Part shown: positions 18,563-20,000 of the stretch, in pieces
How positions within the stretch are numbered: the stretch's first letter is position 1
Layout: each line of letters opens with the position of its first letter
From: Lophium mytilinum
Lineage: Eukaryota
Direction: 5' to 3'
Assembly (NCBI GenBank): GCA_010093605.1
Contig: MU004199.1
Location: 1,291,988 to 1,311,987 of the forward strand
Length of the DNA: 20,000 bases
The notes under the pieces: generated by a model
Database searches by the model: none
The model's input: only the letters and a program-made list of their open reading frames with translations
Told to the model about the DNA's origin: nothing
Position numbers and translations under genes: made by a program

Positions 18563-20000
18563 CTATTTAGTATCTAATCTCATATAGTCTACTATTTTAG
18601 TAAAACTACTTCCCACTAATAGTTTAGTGAATATATCAGCTATTTGCTCCTTAGTATTAAGGTAGGCTAGCTTTATTAATCCATTTTAAACATTTTCTCT
18701 TATAAAATAATATTGTATATCTATATATTTAGTTTTTAAGTAGTGTTTAGGATTATTAGCTAACTCTAAAGCTAATTAACTATCTGTAAATAGATAGAAG
18801 TCTTCTATATTTTTAATATTAAGTTGTTTTAATATACTTATTAAGTATATATATTCCTTTATAGTTTCTTTTAAAGCTATATATTTTGCTTCGCAACTAG
18901 ATAGTGCTATAGATTTCTGTAGTTTACTATTCTAGCTAATAGGGGTTTTTCCATAGGAGAAGTAGTAGCTAGTTATTAATTTTCTTCCTATTATATCACC
19001 CCTATAATCTGCATTGGAATATCCTAATAAATAGGGTGCTGGATTACTAGGAGAAAATTTAACGCTAATTCTATACGTAGGCTTATATAATAAGTATTTC
19101 TAGATCCTTTCTAAGGCTTTAAAGTAAATAGGACTAGGATTAGACATAAAACAAGCGCATAGATTTACGCTATAGGCTATATCTAGTCTTGTCTTTATAG
19201 ATAGATAAATAAGACTTCTAACTTATTGCTAGTATAGTTTTATATCTTCTTTTAATGCCTATTTATCGTTTTTCTCTAGTTTTATACCTATTTCTTCTAG
19301 TATAGAAACGGGATTTAGTTTCTCTTTATTAAATCTTTTTAATAGACTTTTTATATATTTTTTCTAGCTTAGTAATAAGGTTCTTTTTTTTCTATTACGT
19401 ATTATTTCCATGCCTAGAAAATAGGATATAGGGCCTAAGTTTATTAATTCTAAGTCTTTACTTAGTTTTAATTGTAGATTTTCTATATCTTTTATATTTA
19501 GCCTAAATACTAATAAATTATCTACGTAGCAGACTATTATAATATTTAGTTGCGTATTTTTAAATACTGCTTGCTCTATAATAGTACTTTTAAAACTATA
19601 CTTTTCTAGATAGGTAGCTAGATATATATACTACTGTCTAGGTAATTATTTTAAACTATATAACGCTTTATTTAGTTTATAGACTTTATTACTATTGTTT
19701 TTATTAAAACTATATAGTTGTTCTACGTAAAGTTCTTTATCTAATTCTGCATGCGTAAATGCATTTTTAAAGTCCTATTATATTATTTTCTAGTTATAAT
19801 AGGTAGCTATTATAAGCAATAGCCTATATACTTCTAGGCGGCAGGTATTAGCAAAGGTTTCTTTATAATCTACACTGTAGACTTAGCTAAAACCTTTTAC
19901 TACCCATCTTATCTTATATTTAGATATATTATTATCTATATTAGTTTTAATTTTATAAACCCAGTATTCTTTTAATATATTTCTATTTACTAGTAAGTCT
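18563..20000 (-). pseudogene. copia RT/RNase H relic, copy 3
   Basis: Minus strand reads WVYKIK, DFKNAFTHAEL, KALYSLK, VCYVDNLL, YFLGMEI, ADIFTKL; multiple RIP-type stops. Confidence 0.95.

Larger units (their letters stand above)
18078..20000 (-). mobile_element. copia copy 3 (3' LTR, PPT, 3' UTR, RNase H and RT), continuing beyond the window
   Basis: LTR at 18078-18334 (TG...CA intact). The internal region is the reverse complement of copy 1 ~9690-10065 + 12324-13579, without the insert. Confidence 0.96.

Noticed and set aside
12312..20000. Shared stop codons in copies 1 and 3 as evidence of transposition after RIP
   Set aside because: Near-saturating RIP hits the same CpA/TpG sites independently, and each copy also retains ancestral bases the other has lost.

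Overview
Very AT-rich, TpA-rich and CpA/TpG-poor DNA typical of a RIP-mutated (repeat-induced point mutation) transposon graveyard in a filamentous ascomycete. I found no intact gene. After mentally reversing C>T/G>A changes, the window resolves into nested elements. (1) A minus-strand Fot1/pogo-like transposase relic (1-604 + 4717-5391) is split by a second 4.1 kb pogo-like element (605-4714) with 44-bp TIRs, a TA TSD, a transposase with a SAP-like C-terminus and a fold-back cassette. (2) A full-length Ty1/copia element (6015-13843, TSD GTAGG) has its RT interrupted by a 2.25 kb minus-strand insert with a (TAA)n tail and ~12-bp TSD but no recognisable RT; this candidate LINE-mobilised cargo element is the most unusual feature. 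(3) Solo or degenerate LTRs of the same GATA-repeat-rich family follow. (4) A lightly RIP-hit HET-domain pseudogene (15532-17315, minus) is split by a solo LTR and truncated by a second copia copy, into which a third copy is inserted in opposite orientation and runs off the window. All translations and alignments were done by eye.
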